Counted from the first letter of the stretch, positions 25,167-38,012 are shown. The stretch is 64,000 bases of DNA from Anolis carolinensis (GCF_035594765.1 NC_085844.1:202508107-202572106); one strand, 5' to 3'. Notes: a model not told the origin generated them from the letters alone. A program made the numbers and translations.

Positions 25167-27618
25167 TCCAAAGGGGTTGAGATCCAGATACATTTCCAAA
25201 TATTGTGCCATGTTAGTATTAGTGGGGTATTTCGTGAGCTCTACTTCCACTGGTTTTATAGCCTTAGGGGTAAATCCCATTGCAAATCACCAATGATAAG
25301 ATCTCAGCCTGACCACACATTTGGGAAGTCCATCAAGCAATCGTGTAATGGATCCAGGACTAATATGGAAAAAGTACCAGCATGTTCCGATTATCAGGGA
25401 CAGTGACATTAGTTGTCACGTCATCCTCCTTAAGCATCTTTGTTCTTTCTAAATCTATCTTCAATCCTCACAGTAGCTGAAGAGATTGGAATTAATTTTC
25501 CCACCAATCCTGTTATTATGGATGTGATTCTGGCTGGTCTTGAATGGGAAATGAAGTTCCATTAGCTCATCAAAAGACAAATGGAAGTCAACAAAATGAA
25601 TCATTCACCTAGGGACCACTGTGCACAGTTCCATTGTGCATCAGAATACACTTGCTGGTGTTGTATGACACATCTTCCCAATTCACTAATAAGTTTCATA
25701 GCACCTCCACTATGTAGCTAAATATGTGTAAAGTTATGTAATGTACACCATGATAGAAGATTCTATCTTTTTGTTTCTAACTTTACTCTATAATCACTTC
25801 TCATACTGTTCCATTATCTGGGCAGACTCCAAAAAAGGACCTTGACAGAGAAGGATAATCCATTTTATGGGGGTGGGGGAGTTGAAAGAGGAAAACCATT
25901 TTCTCTGGTTATTCCCCCCTCTTCCCATATCATGAACTAATGTTGTTTTTATGACAGAAACATGGATTGGGGGGGGGCGGGCGGGGAGAAATAACAGAAA
26001 ACGGGAAAATGGTTTAACTCCTTCAACCCCTTCCCCCTAAAATGGACTATCCTTCTCTTTCTAGCGCCCTTGTGGCCTCCGCTGAGATAATGGAATGGTA
26101 CCTCACTTCTTAGTGGTTCCAAACTGTGAATGTGCATGAATTAGATTTCAGTTAATTTCTTTTGAAAGAAGGTACCAATATTTGTAATGGAAATGTGAGA
26201 GGAACTGACAAATCCATTCATTCTGGTCCAGGGATATGTATTCTCAGCTTTTTGAAAGCCTGGTTTGAATGAGGGTTAGTCAAGCATATTACTGATAAAT
26301 TAAGGTTGGCATAGAGGTTCCTAATTTTTAAAGCCAATATGGGACATACATTCAAAACGGTCCTCTGCATGTTGGGAATATTTGCCCTTACTAAACCTGA
26401 CTGAAGGAACATTTCTTCTAGGGGTTTTTGTTTTGAAGAATTTACTTGCATTTATAGATTTTGGAAGAAAGAACTTGAGACATTAAAAAAATGATTGCAG
26501 CAGAAAACAATACTGGCAGGACCCTTCATTGGCATAAAGATAACAGCCTGACTATCTAATAGGACTTGGAAAAGTTACTTTTTGGATCACATCTCCTAGA
26601 ATACTCCAGTCACCCTGGGAACTGGACATGCTAGCTACATTTTGGGAGCTTTAATCTCCAAAGTAATGTTTCCTAACTCTGCCCCAACATGGGAGAAATT
26701 TTACATAAATTTCTTCTCAACTCTTCTAACCTATAAAGAAGCCACAAGTCTTTACTCTGAAATACACAGTGCTGTCAAAACTATTCCACTGTCAGGTCCC
26801 CCTGCTCCAACTTGCCATCATTGTGCATTCAAATCATAGAAAAAATATATTATTCTGCTCCTCCTGTTAGGGAAGACTTCATGTGAACACTCCCCTCCCC
26901 AGTTCCTGGAAAGAGGCTTGCAAGATTGAAAGGAGAATCATGCAGGGTAAGTAGGCTTTGCCTCTTTTATTGCAAAGTAATCCCTTCAAATTTAGAGAAA
27001 GTATTTCTTCAGATATTGTCTTAAAGCCTAGTGTTTCCTGGGTGACAGATATCGTATTAAGCAGCCAAATGCCATAATCTTCTGCCACAAAACCTCTGCA
27101 GATGGAATGCCCTTTGATGTACATAGGAAAGTGGGAACATCTGTTTGGTGCTATGGAGAAAAAAAGCAATCGCTGTCCTGAGTTAAAATGTGTGTGTTGT
27201 GTGTGGTTTTCCCAAGGTCCATGAGAAGATATGCTAAGTAAAAGAAAACATATAATTTCATCATACAATCAAGATTCATGGTTTCTGCAGGAAGCATACC
27301 TGAGACTTAATGCTGTAAAGAGATCAGGGTTCATTAAATAGCAGTCATCTCTAGAGCTCAACTGAAACAAGGGTTTGGGAAGTTCCTTTTACAAAGCAAT
27401 TTGTTTCTGTTATTTCTTACCATGTTACTTTTGCAGTCTGGTTATAAGAACTTCTCACTTTCATATTGGCATTACTCACTGCACTGTTGCAGCTTAGTGT
27501 CATTTCCATTCCTGACTTGAGTTATATATGAATAAAGATCCAGAGCTTCTGAGATAGCTATTTGCCCTTGGTTAGTAGTGACAGAGTGAAGAGTGCTGGA
27601 GGAGCTTGGAGTGAGAGA

Positions 27619-27665
27619 TGTGTGTGTGTGTGTGTATGTGTGTGTGTGTGTGAGAGAGAGAGAGA
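27619..27665. repeat. (TG)n(AG)n microsatellite
   Basis: Directly visible. Confidence 0.9.
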
Positions 27666-27890
27666 CAAAAGAAGGAAGTATTCAGTAGGGTGTGTGTATG
27701 TGAGTAACCCCTAGCTTCCATCTGATGTTAGGGATGCTTCTTGGTCCCCAAAGGATTGTGTGCCTACATGGTGAATCTTTTACAATCAAGTAGAGTTGTA
27801 AGATCAGGATTATACCAGCTCTGATATTTCCAGATCAAAATTTGAAGCTTGGAAATGGCCCTTAGTGATGTTGTGGGTGCAGGGACTGAT

Positions 27891-27962
27891 CCCCCTCGAT
27901 GGATTGTCACCTTGACATGGTGAGGGGGCTTGTGTGTTCCAATGAAACTGAGGGCACAACCA
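27891..27962 (+). ncRNA. Candidate HDV-like self-cleaving ribozyme fold
   Basis: P1 CCCCCTC/GAGGGGG, P3 ACC/GGT with a 7-nt loop, short P4, GAAACTGA linker, imperfect P2. Confidence 0.45.
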
Positions 27963-28268
27963 CTGGAGTCATGCACTCTTAGGAGTGGCCACAGGGGAGG
28001 ATCTAGACCAAGAACAATCCGAAGACCTCAACGGCGGAACAGGTGGAGGATAACATGGTACATGTTACAACGGCTGTGAAGGCGGAAAAAGGCTGCAACA
28101 GACTGAGAAGCCACTCTCGTTGTGTTAATCACACCACTGCTAGGACCTCACTCTGTGAATGTGTTGACCGGCCGTGCACCGACCGCCACACATTAAAAAA
28201 AAATCACGCACAGGCGTTTTCCAAGAAATGGAGAACCATCATCCTCAAACTATGCAGGATCACCTAAG
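27891..28268 (+). mobile_element. Short non-autonomous non-LTR retroelement with RTE/ingi-like 5' end
   Basis: Flanked by a perfect 12-bp direct repeat GCAGGGACTGAT (27879-27890 / 28269-28280); the 5' end resembles BovB/RTE and L1Tc Pr77 heads as recalled. Confidence 0.7.
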
Positions 28269-28563
28269 GCAGGGACTGATGATGGCAATAAGCACTGACA
28301 GAGTTGTTCACATCTTGCCATTCAAACAAACAGAGTGATATAATGTACTTTCTTGGTTGGAAATTCAGTGTACAGTATTTGGAAATTGCAACATTTGATT
28401 TAATTAATTAGGGCAAAATGCAACCAATGGTAAAGTCTCCTAAAAGGTTCTCTGTCTGGCTGGAGGTTTGCATGAAATCTTGCCTCTTACCTGGAGCTGA
28501 AACTATGAAAAGTGGAAATTATGAAGCCCTGTTTCTGGATCATCAAAACTAGGGACTGTGCAG

Positions 28564-28858
28564 CAGGGCCGAAGCCAGAAAAAAAATTCGGGGAGGGTTT
28601 TGAAAATTGGGGGGGGGGGGGGGTTGAACCCCTAACCCCCCCCCCCCCCCCGGCTACAGACCAGTTAATATCTGCTTGAGATAGTGCCTGGAGGGGCTCT
28701 TAATTTTTTGCGTCTCATAGACTTAGCATGGGGATTTGGTTAACCAGTTAAAATTCATGAGTAAACCAGGTTTTTTTTTAACCTGAAAAATTTCGGGGGG
28801 GGGGGGGGAGGTTTGAACTCCTAACCCCCCCCCCCCCCCCCCCTTCGCTACAGGCCTG
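28564..28858. mobile_element. hAT-type MITE with poly-G/poly-C tracts
   Basis: Imperfect TIR CAGGGCCGAAGC / GCTACAGGCCTG; perfect 8-bp TSD CTGTGCAG. Confidence 0.85.
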
Positions 28859-30495
28859 CTGTGCAGCACCCTGAGACTTGACAAGTCTACAAGTATAAGT
28901 TTGTGACTGAAACATTTTAGGATTGTGGGTGGTAAAGGGGGAACAATCATGTACAAAAGCCATATATTCTCTATTGCTATTTTCAGCTAGAGCAAAGACT
29001 TTATAGAGATGCAATCTCAATGGATTTTTCCCCAGACACACATCCTTCTGTGTATTCTACTACTAACATAAAATAAGACAGGAATTTAGCCATAATTTTA
29101 GTTTTACTAAAATTGGTACTAGCTGTCTGTACTTGTATGCGTTTCAAATATTTTATCAACAATGTTTTGAGAAAATACTTAAGCAGCTCTGACGTGTGGG
29201 GTTTGGTTGTTGTTGTTGTTTAAAAAAGATTGAGGAAATTCTATATGCTGTTTGTAAAAAGAGATGCCTCTTTACTGGTACACTTGTATTGCAGAGTCCT
29301 GTGAGTTGAAAGCAGATGGCATTCCTAAAGTGACTAAATTCATTTTATCTCAGCTGAATGTGTCTTGTCTCCCAGTGAACAGTGAAGAAGAAGGTTGGAC
29401 TTTCTCAGAAAATTTCCCCTTCAGCATGACTCTAAAGGCAGCTAAAAACTAGCCAGTTGTGAATTCACAGTTTAAAGAACTAGTTAACAGGGAATTAGAA
29501 TTTCATTACTGGTGATGGACCTCCATTGCCTGGAGAATCCAGCACAGGATATCAAGGTTGCCACACAAGGAAGCCATATTACCCACAGAACTTAATGTTG
29601 CAAACAGAACAATATCCAGTGGGAAATAGGCAAAGTCAGAGAGACCCAATTTGGAAATAGGGAGCAGGCTGCTTTTCTGACCTTATGGATGGTTAAATTC
29701 ACCACTGAGTCCTAGTATGCCACTGGAGCGATGCACATAATTAGCTGAGTGCTGCAACCAGATGAAGAAGATTGGAATGGTTTTCTTGCAGACTCTCTGT
29801 GGAATAAACAAAAGCACATTCCCATCATCTGACTCTCTTGCTAATGATGTCCTCAGTTGCTGAATCAGTCTGGGATTGCTCTTCTGGGAATACAAATAAT
29901 CAAATTCCATAAATAAGCTGTTTTAGCTTGGGTGGGAAAATTCACTCATTAGGCCTCAGGAGAGGCTCACATGATTAGGAGAATAAAATATTCTACTAGT
30001 GAACCTTTCTCGCACCAGAAGAAGGTAAGCTCTGAAGATCTGTGGAATACAGTGGAATACATTGAGCTGCCTGACACTACTACCCCATGATAAATTTAAA
30101 TTTCAAATGCATGACCCAGCTATACATGTTGGCTCAAAGGAATATTTATAGGAATAAAAGGCATTGGATTTTTGTGTTTGTTATCATCAATTTAAAACAA
30201 CCATCTGTGAATAAATCTAATTACATGATCCTCTCTAGTGAAGTGTTTGAAGAGGTGGAAAGATGTGGGGATTTCAAGAACTGCAGGTCAGAATTAACAT
30301 AGTGATTGTGTTTGATAATTGCAAATGCCATTGCCATATCCACTCAAAAATGTTTCCCATATAATATGGTTTAGAACAGAGATCAACAAAAGTTGAGATT
30401 GGAAACAATCAACAAAGATACTTAAGGGGCAAATTCAAAAGATATCAGATGCAATGAGAACAAAAAGAGTTTCATGACATCTTTAAGAATAACTA

Positions 30496-31225
30496 CTGTA
30501 TTTTCTGGCATATAAGAGTACTTTTTAACTCAGGAAAACCTTCTCAAAAGTGGGGGTCATCTTATACGCCAGGTGTCGTCTTATAGAGCAGGTGCTGAAA
30601 CTTTTGAGCCAGACTGGAGAATCTGCGGTCACTGTATATGGTGGGGGGAGCTCAAAAATGGTTGCAGCCACATCCCCACCGTATGCAGCACCCATATGAA
30701 AGCAGCAAGGGTGGCACTGTACAAGTATGGTAGAAGATTTGTGGGATTTGTGGAAAGACGTGGCTTAATGTGGTCCCAATGATGAGGTGAGGGGGTGCCT
30801 CACCAGAAAGGTGTAAGTGAAGGGTGGAGCAAGCTGTAGGTATCCGGGATGCCCAGGGTATGGAAAAAAGAGATAGAGTGGCGCTGTGCCCAGAAAAACA
30901 TGCTTCTTTCACCCATCTGGCTCGCCCTTGTATCCTATTACCGTACCTCCTTCTCTGCCTTTCAGGTCTTGCTCCTGCAGTGAAGTGGTGCAGATGCGCA
31001 TGTGCAAGATCTGAGAGGCAGAGAAGGAGGTACAGTAATAGGATACAAGGACAGGCCAAATGGGTGATGGAGGCGTGTTTGTGCTACCACTCTGATAGTC
31101 TTTTTATTTGGTGTGCGTTGGAAGAGGGGTAGTCTTGTACGGCAAGTATATTCCAAACTATATTTTAACTGGAAAAGTTGGGGTTGTCTTATGTGCCCCA
31201 TCATCTTTTATGCCGGAAAATATGG
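30496..31225. mobile_element. Tc1/mariner non-autonomous element with an internal long hairpin
   Basis: TIR CTGTATTTTCTGGCATATAAGA / TCTTTTATGCCGGAAAATATGG; TA flanks. Confidence 0.8.
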
Positions 31226-31747
31226 TAGCTTTTGTGGCCTGAGCATTGTTAGGCTGGTCCTGCTCCTCACTGATATGAAAGTTCACACTTCCACAAATCT
31301 GTTAGTCTTTAAGGTATTACAGGATTCTGTTTCTGTGCCAAAATTTAAGAAAGGGTTTTAGAAGCACAAATTTCAGAATGGTGGTATTTTGCAGAATATG
31401 TGAGCATGTGGATGAGCATCATTACACAAGCCACCAACACAAGCAATTTGGGTGCATTTATAGATAAGCAGCAAAGCTTAGAAGAATATCCATGCAAACT
31501 TAGAATGATGCAAGATGATAGCTGAATCAATGGTGAAATATTGCATGGGGTATCATAAATGATCGTTGTCAAACAGCTTATTCATGCCATACCATAGCAT
31601 TCTTTCCACATTTATGCCAGGAATGGAATAAAACAGAGTAGACATGTTAAATCCATAGAATTCAGATAATTAGCAATTCAGCCATTATGAATTACATCAA
31701 GGGGACAGATCAACAAACCTGATTTAGACCAGAGAAATCTGTTGTAT

Positions 31748-32009
31748 TTTTTTTCATGTCAGCAGCGAAAGAAACTACAAGTCGCTTCTGATGTGAGAGA
31801 ACTAGTCGTGTGCAAGGACGTTGCGCAGGGAATGCCTGGATCATGTTTGATGTTTTACCATCTTTGTGGGAGGCTTCTCTCATGTTCCCACATGGAGCTG
31901 GAGCTGACAGAGATGCTCATCCACACTCTTCCTGGATTTGAACCGACAACCTTCAGGTCAGCAGTCCTGCCGGCACAAGGCTTTAATCTATTGCGCCACC
32001 AGGGGTTCC
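31748..32009 (-). mobile_element. tRNA-derived SINE, same family as 644-924
   Basis: Direct sequence similarity over the full length. Confidence 0.85.
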
Positions 32010-33318
32010 ATGTGTTGCATTAAACATTTTCATTAAGGGGGTCTACAAAATCAAATTTGGAAACACATTATTAGTCTTGGTAGGCTATAAGAAATATAGT
32101 GGAGTGGGGAAAACACAGAAAAGGAAGGCAAGATGGAAAATTAACCTTTTCTAAATGTTGGATTCATCAGAATTCCTGTGGGGGCTCCTATCTATAATTA
32201 TATAATATCTGTACAGCTTTAAAGCCAGCAGTGTAATTTTGTTCAATCAGAATTAACCATGCTCCTTAAATATGAAGAAAGAGGTAATTTCCACAGGTGT
32301 CATTTTATGTTCCTTCAGAAGCCCTCTGGATGCTAGGCCTGGACTTGCCATGTTAGACAGAAGAGGTTGATAGGCCGAGGGTTTTGAGCAGAGTGTGCTA
32401 TCTGCATTTTATATTAACTTTCCTAAGCATCGTTTGACCTTGTCAGTGCAGATAAAGCCCTGTGAAGTGCACACCAGACAAAATGTAATTTTAATTAAGT
32501 ATAGTTATATCCGGCCAAGGTGGCATGGAATACAAATGACCCTGCCACCACAGAATCTTTCCCATTCAGATTGAAATTTCTTTTGTAACCCATAAAGCCG
32601 AGAGAGACAACGGTCTCCCTGAGGAAAGTTTTGGAGAAGGAATTTTTCGCTTTATGGTATCTGATTGCCTGTACTATTGAGATGTCCCTGAAACTCAATG
32701 GAATGTTTAACTTTCTCTTACTTTCTTGCATTCAATTTCCTTCACTTTTATCTCCCTTTCAGAAAAACATTTCACATTCCAAATGTGTATTGGCCACCAC
32801 GTAGCTTGCAGAAGGCCTTGTATGACAATTGAGGGTACATTCTCCCACTGTACTGTGTATGGAGAGGGGGTAGCCATACTCTGGATGATTGGCAATAGAA
32901 TCCATTTGCAAAGTTGAAGCTGTAAAGTCAGCAAATAACAAAACAAAAATCCTGATGATGCCCTCAGAACATTTTTTGATGTCACCAGATGACTCTTTGA
33001 GTGTAATGGTCTCATTTTGCCCCCTGCCGTGGATGTAAACCCCTGGATCTGAACTTGAAGAAGGAGTCTGAAGTTAGCATAGGACCACTAGTGGAGTTCA
33101 TCTGTAGTGATAGGCAATGTCCTCACTTTTTTCTTATCCCTGGCACTGTACATGTAGTCCACAGCATTAAAGATATTGACTGGTGGTCAGTTGAAGAAGA
33201 GGAATATCCTAGAAACTTATCCTGTTCATTGTGAAGGGAGCAGAGAGAATGGGAAGGTTGCTGACTGGGTTTGCTGGGTTGTATGACTCATAACTAGGAT
33301 CTGAGAATTACCGATATA

Positions 33319-33641
33319 CAGTAAGGTCTCACTTATCCAACACTCGCTTATCCAACATTCTGGATTATCCAACGCATTTTTGTAGTCAATGTTTTCAATA
33401 TATCATGATATTTTGGTGCTAAATTCATAAATACAGTAATTACTACATAACATTACTGTGTATTGAACTACTTTTTCTGTCAAATTTGTTGTATAACATG
33501 ATGTTTTGGTGCTTAATTTGTAAAATCATAACCTAATTTAATGTTTAATAGGCTTTTTCTTAATCTCTCCTTATTATCCAACATATTTGCTTATCCAACA
33601 TTATGCCGGCCCGTTTATGTTGGATAAGCGAGACTCTACTG
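33319..33641. mobile_element. Tc1/mariner MITE
   Basis: TIR CAGTAAGGTCTCACTTATCCAAC / GTTGGATAAGCGAGACTCTACTG; TA TSD. Confidence 0.88.
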
Positions 33642-34775
33642 TATATAAAGCATTGGGGTAATAATATTTTTTCTCACCATTCTTCCACTTCTGACTTTTT
33701 CTCATTTGTTACTACTGCTTTCAATCTGAATTGGCCCATATAGTTTACATATCCTGATGCTGGACTACTTGAAGGTTTAGAGTTTATGTTCCAAGCAAAG
33801 TCATTTCTACATTTTGTAAATTGGAGCATAGCTTCCAATAAAAACAGCATTCTGATCCAATGAGGCCATTGCCTCTGCACTGTTCTCAATAATGCAAAGA
33901 GATGTTTTATTGTTTAACCTGCAGGGCTCTCTACGTTCATAAAAAAAATCAAGAGTTTTTTTTGGAGCTGAACAAATGACCCCACCCCCTCCACCCTCCA
34001 CTTGGATTAGCATATTTCCTTTCTGCTCTCCCCAAAGGATCTCCATTTCTCTGTCTCTTCTCATTGCCCAGAGTAATTTAGGGCTGTTAGGGAAAGTTCA
34101 TTGCTGTAATTGCAACCAGATTGGTCATTAAAGTTGATAGACAGCTGTTGAGAAAGTCGTTCATTGATTCCTGCCAGTCAGCTGCAGCTCCTAGTGCTTG
34201 CTCCAAGGAAATCTTCAAATGCCTGGGAAAAGCAGAGCCGTCCTTTTACTTTCAAATGGCAATCATTTCTGAAAGGGAAAGTGCTCAGAAGTGCTGTCTT
34301 TGTATGTAAACAAGGGTTATAGACACTGTTCTGAAATCAAACCAGACTGCTCTGTAAATGAAAGATTCCCCTGGAGTTCTTTCTTAGGGCCCAAAAGAAG
34401 TCATGTGTTTGAGAAAGACAACCATGTAACACATGGGATCTTTAGGAACACAGGAATGCTTTACTATGTGTGTGCAGGTTCTCAGTCTTCTGGTTGGCTT
34501 TCCTTTTTCTCTTAGAACTATCTGCTTGTTCTGATTTAGCAGTATGAAACTAATGTCCTTATACTTTGAGTTTCTCTTTCCCTTTCCAATGACAATGAGC
34601 TATGCAAATTGCATATTAAGAATAAACTCCTTATCATTGTATTGTGGGATTTGAAGTGATACATTTTATGCAATCATAAATAATTTGTAGATGGGGTGCA
34701 GAATGAAGTAACTGTATTTGTTCATGGCACCAATTTAACACTATTAAAATAAGAATGGAAAGTATTGTTCTAACA

Positions 34776-35570
34776 CAGTGGTTCCCAAACTTATTTGACC
34801 TACCGTCCTCTTTCCAGAAAAAATATTACTCAGTGCCCCCTGGAAAGGAGGGCATGGCTTATAGGGGTGGGCGTGGCTCCTGCTCAAGAGGGCGGGGCTG
34901 AGCCTCTCCATTAGTCCAAGATGCAGGGCTGGGAGGGGGAGGGGGAGGTGGGCAGGGCCACAAATGGGTGGCCAGGAGTGGGATGGGCGGAGTTCTGAGG
35001 CAGGGCTGAGAATCTATATTTCTCCTGAGGCGCCTGCCAGGACACAGGGGGTGGGGCTAGAGGAGGGGGCGGGGCCTCTTCCCAAGTGCCTGACGGGGCT
35101 GAACCTCTATACTCCACCCCCATGTTCTAACAAGCGCCTCAGGGGAGGTATACAGAGGCTCAGCACTGTCTTGCACTCTTTGGAAGGGGCCCCATCCCCA
35201 CCCCAGTCCCGCCCTTTAGTCCTAAAAGGCCTCTCAGGAGTAGTATAGAGGCTCAGCCCTGCCTTGGGCTCTTGGAAGGAGGCCCCACCCCCTTCCCTAG
35301 CTCTGCTCTCTGTGTCCTAACAGGCGCCTCAGGAGAAATATAGATTCTCAGCCCTGTTTCGGGCCCTTGGGAAGAAGCCACACCCACTCCTCTAGCTCCG
35401 CCCCCTGTGTCCTAACAGGCACCTCAGGTGCTCAGCCCTGTCTCTGGCACTTGGGAAGAGGCCCCGCCCCTCCCCGGCCCTGCCCCATCTCCTAATAGGT
35501 GCCATCACCGCCCTCCTGGATCGCTGCAGCGCCCACCAGGGGGTGGTAGCACCCACTTTGGGAATCACTG
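34776..35570. mobile_element. Non-autonomous hAT element, GC-rich, with internal direct and inverted repeats
   Basis: TIR CAGTGGTTCCCAAA / TTTGGGAATCACTG; perfect 8-bp TSD TTCTAACA. Confidence 0.9.
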
Positions 35571-35840
35571 TTCTAACATGTACCAGAGTTAAAAAGTAAC
35601 CTATTTGAATATGAGAATAAAATGCTGCAACCAGTGTCAAGAATTGCTAGAAAATAACCCAGAATAACAAAAACATCATTTTGATTTCCAATCATCCTGC
35701 CTCTCTTATGGAACTAAAGAAACAAAAGAAATACAACAACCTTGAGTACTTTGCCCCATCTGGAGAAATCTAAAATTGTGGATCATGTGGTATACGTAAT
35801 ATTAGAAGCAACCACTTCAATGATTTAAGATAGACAAGAA

Positions 35841-35977
35841 AAGTGGTTCTCAACCTGTGGGGGTCCCCAGGTGTGTTGGCCTACAACTCCTAGAAATCCC
35901 AGCTAGTTTACCAGCCGTTAGGATTTCTGAGAGTTGAAGACCAAAATATCTGGGGATCCACAAATTGAGAACCACTG
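35841..35977. mobile_element. hAT-type MITE (same family)
   Basis: Same TIRs; perfect 8-bp TSD GACAAGAA. Confidence 0.9.
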
Positions 35978-36066
35978 GACAAGAAGAAATGTATCTTCAC
36001 ATTCCACGTAAGTTAAGACATTGCATTCTACATCACAGCTGTCAACCTGGGTGACTTAGAAAGGGA

Positions 36067-36270
36067 TAGAATCATAGAGTTGGAAGAAACCACAAGAGCC
36101 ATCTTCCAACCCTCTGCCATGCAAGCACCCCTGACAGATGGCCATCCAGCCTTTGCTTAAAAACGTCCAGAGAAAGACACACCACCACACTCTGTGTCAG
36201 CATATTCCATTACCAAACAGCTCTTACTGTCAGCATGTTCTTCCTAATAATTAGGTGGAATCTTTTTCCT
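36067..36270 (-). mobile_element. CR1 3' fragment
   Basis: tagaatcatagagttggaaga...gacagatggccatccagcc matches the other CR1 3' ends. Confidence 0.8.
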
Positions 36271-37124
36271 GGCAATTTTTACACACCATTTAAAGTTGAC
36301 TGAAGTGGGAAAATGCTCAAGTGGGGTGAGGTACATTACTGGGAGGAGACTGCCTTCTTAGCTGTACAACCCCATTTGATAAATGCTGTCCCCTTGGAGG
36401 CAGAATGGTGCTAAAATTGGCGTCATTTTAGTGCCATGTTATTATTTTAGTTGTTCACCCAATCTTTGAGCTTAAGGATCATGGTCTGACTTTTATTCTG
36501 TTGGATTGTTTTCCATATTGATTTTGTTTTGACTTATAAAAAGTAGTTTTAAAACTGAAATATTTAGATGGAGGATACCCTAGAAATATTTTACTAAATA
36601 AATACATAACAAGAAAGGATTTCAATGACAGCAAGTAACAGGTTGGGGCTAATGAGTAGGAGGGTGGTTGTACTCAGTAGTCATGGGCCCGGTATTTGTG
36701 TCACCCATTTATTTCATGTTTCCATTTTGTACCATCAATTCAGATGGGACGAAATGGTACACCCATTTCCCATTTTCCTTTCAGCGAAATGAACGGTAAG
36801 TGGGAATGGTAATTGGTTGCCTGGTTTTTGTCCCATTGGAGGCTATGGGTGGGCTTCCCATGATCTCCTTCCCCTCAGTTTTAGGGCTAGTAGATCTCAC
36901 CATTTCACTGATCCTCAGGCTCTCTCCAGCATTCATTTGAGTTGTTAGGGTTGATGGGATAAACCCCTGTCTCTGAATCTGGATAGGCAAAATGCAGTCT
37001 GTGGCTCATTGATGCTGTTTTTGCAGCCCTTGGGTCTTCTTCAGGCTCCATTATCTTTTTAAATGGGTACCAAGCCCCCCCTGTATTTTTCAACACACAG
37101 TAACTTGGAAAAAGACTCTCTTTA

Positions 37125-37127
<3 letters not shown>

Positions 37128-37158
<31 letters not shown>
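37128..37158. repeat. (GT)n microsatellite
   Basis: Directly visible. Confidence 0.9.
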
Positions 37159-37159
<1 letters not shown>

Positions 37160-37605
37160 CCTGCCGGCCCAAAGTGCCTGTGACTGCCAGGGCTTGCAGC
37201 TGAGCACCAAACAGTGCAGAACACCTCTTAATAGGGACTCGGCGCTTGACTGCAAGCGCTTGCAGTCACAAGCTCTAGGCTTGCAGGCCACATACACAGA
37301 GCCCGTGACTGCCAGGGCTTGCAGCCAAGCACCAAGTGGCTAGTAAGATTCATTCTACAGCATAAATACACCACAAGGTTTTCTTTTCTATTGCTGGAAG
37401 CTTTGGTGTTCTAACACTTTTGTTTTTAAAGAAGGAATTATAAGCATGCAGCCACTGTAATTTGTATTTTTGTCCAAATTACAAAGAGTGTACTTTTTCC
37501 TGCTGCACATTTACATTAGTCAACAAATACTTTTTTGGTTTCAGGGTTTTGAAAATTGAGGTGCGCATTAGATTCGATGGTACATTAGACTCAAGTAAAT
37601 ATGGG
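37158..37605. mobile_element. Partial DNA transposon (one Tc1/mariner-like end)
   Basis: Ends cattagattcga...cattagactcaagtaaatatgg then TA; internal repeats gtgactgccagggcttgcagc. Confidence 0.5.
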
Positions 37606-38006
37606 TATATCTATACACCATCCATTCTAAGACACATACTAATGTTAGTACCACCAACAGAAAAAATGTGTGCTTGTGTGCGCGTGCATGTGTGTATATA
37701 CATACATACATACTGCTAGGGTGCACCCCTTTTTTTGAAATGTTTATATGGGGAGAAAGTGTGTCTTAGAATTGATGACAGTACTGCATTTAAAGAGCCT
37801 TTTTCAATATGTGAAGCTAGGTGGCAGTATTTGACCTTCTTCACTCTTGAATTTTAAGTGCTTAGCATCTTAAAAAATAATTTATATATATTTTAAATGA
37901 ATCTCCTATTACTGATGTATTACTGATGTAAATGCATTAGTAAATCCCATCTATTCCAAGCCAAGCCCACTCAGGAACTAGATAGCAATATTTTTATCCA
38001 GTAAAC

Positions 38007-38012
38007 TTTATT
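38007..38012 (-). promoter_or_regulatory. Candidate distal polyadenylation signal AATAAA
   Basis: Sense context tgtactgttgttatatataAATAAAgtttactgg, with upstream TGTA elements; young repeats resume just beyond it. Confidence 0.5.

Noticed and set aside
26061-26078. CTCF-like motif (ggccacaagggcgctag)
   Set aside because: Core spacing is about two nt short of the consensus; not supportable without a PWM scan.
1-37900. CD34 or miR-29b/c genes expected by mammalian synteny
   Set aside because: No recognisable exon or mature miR-29 hairpin was found by eye in this window.
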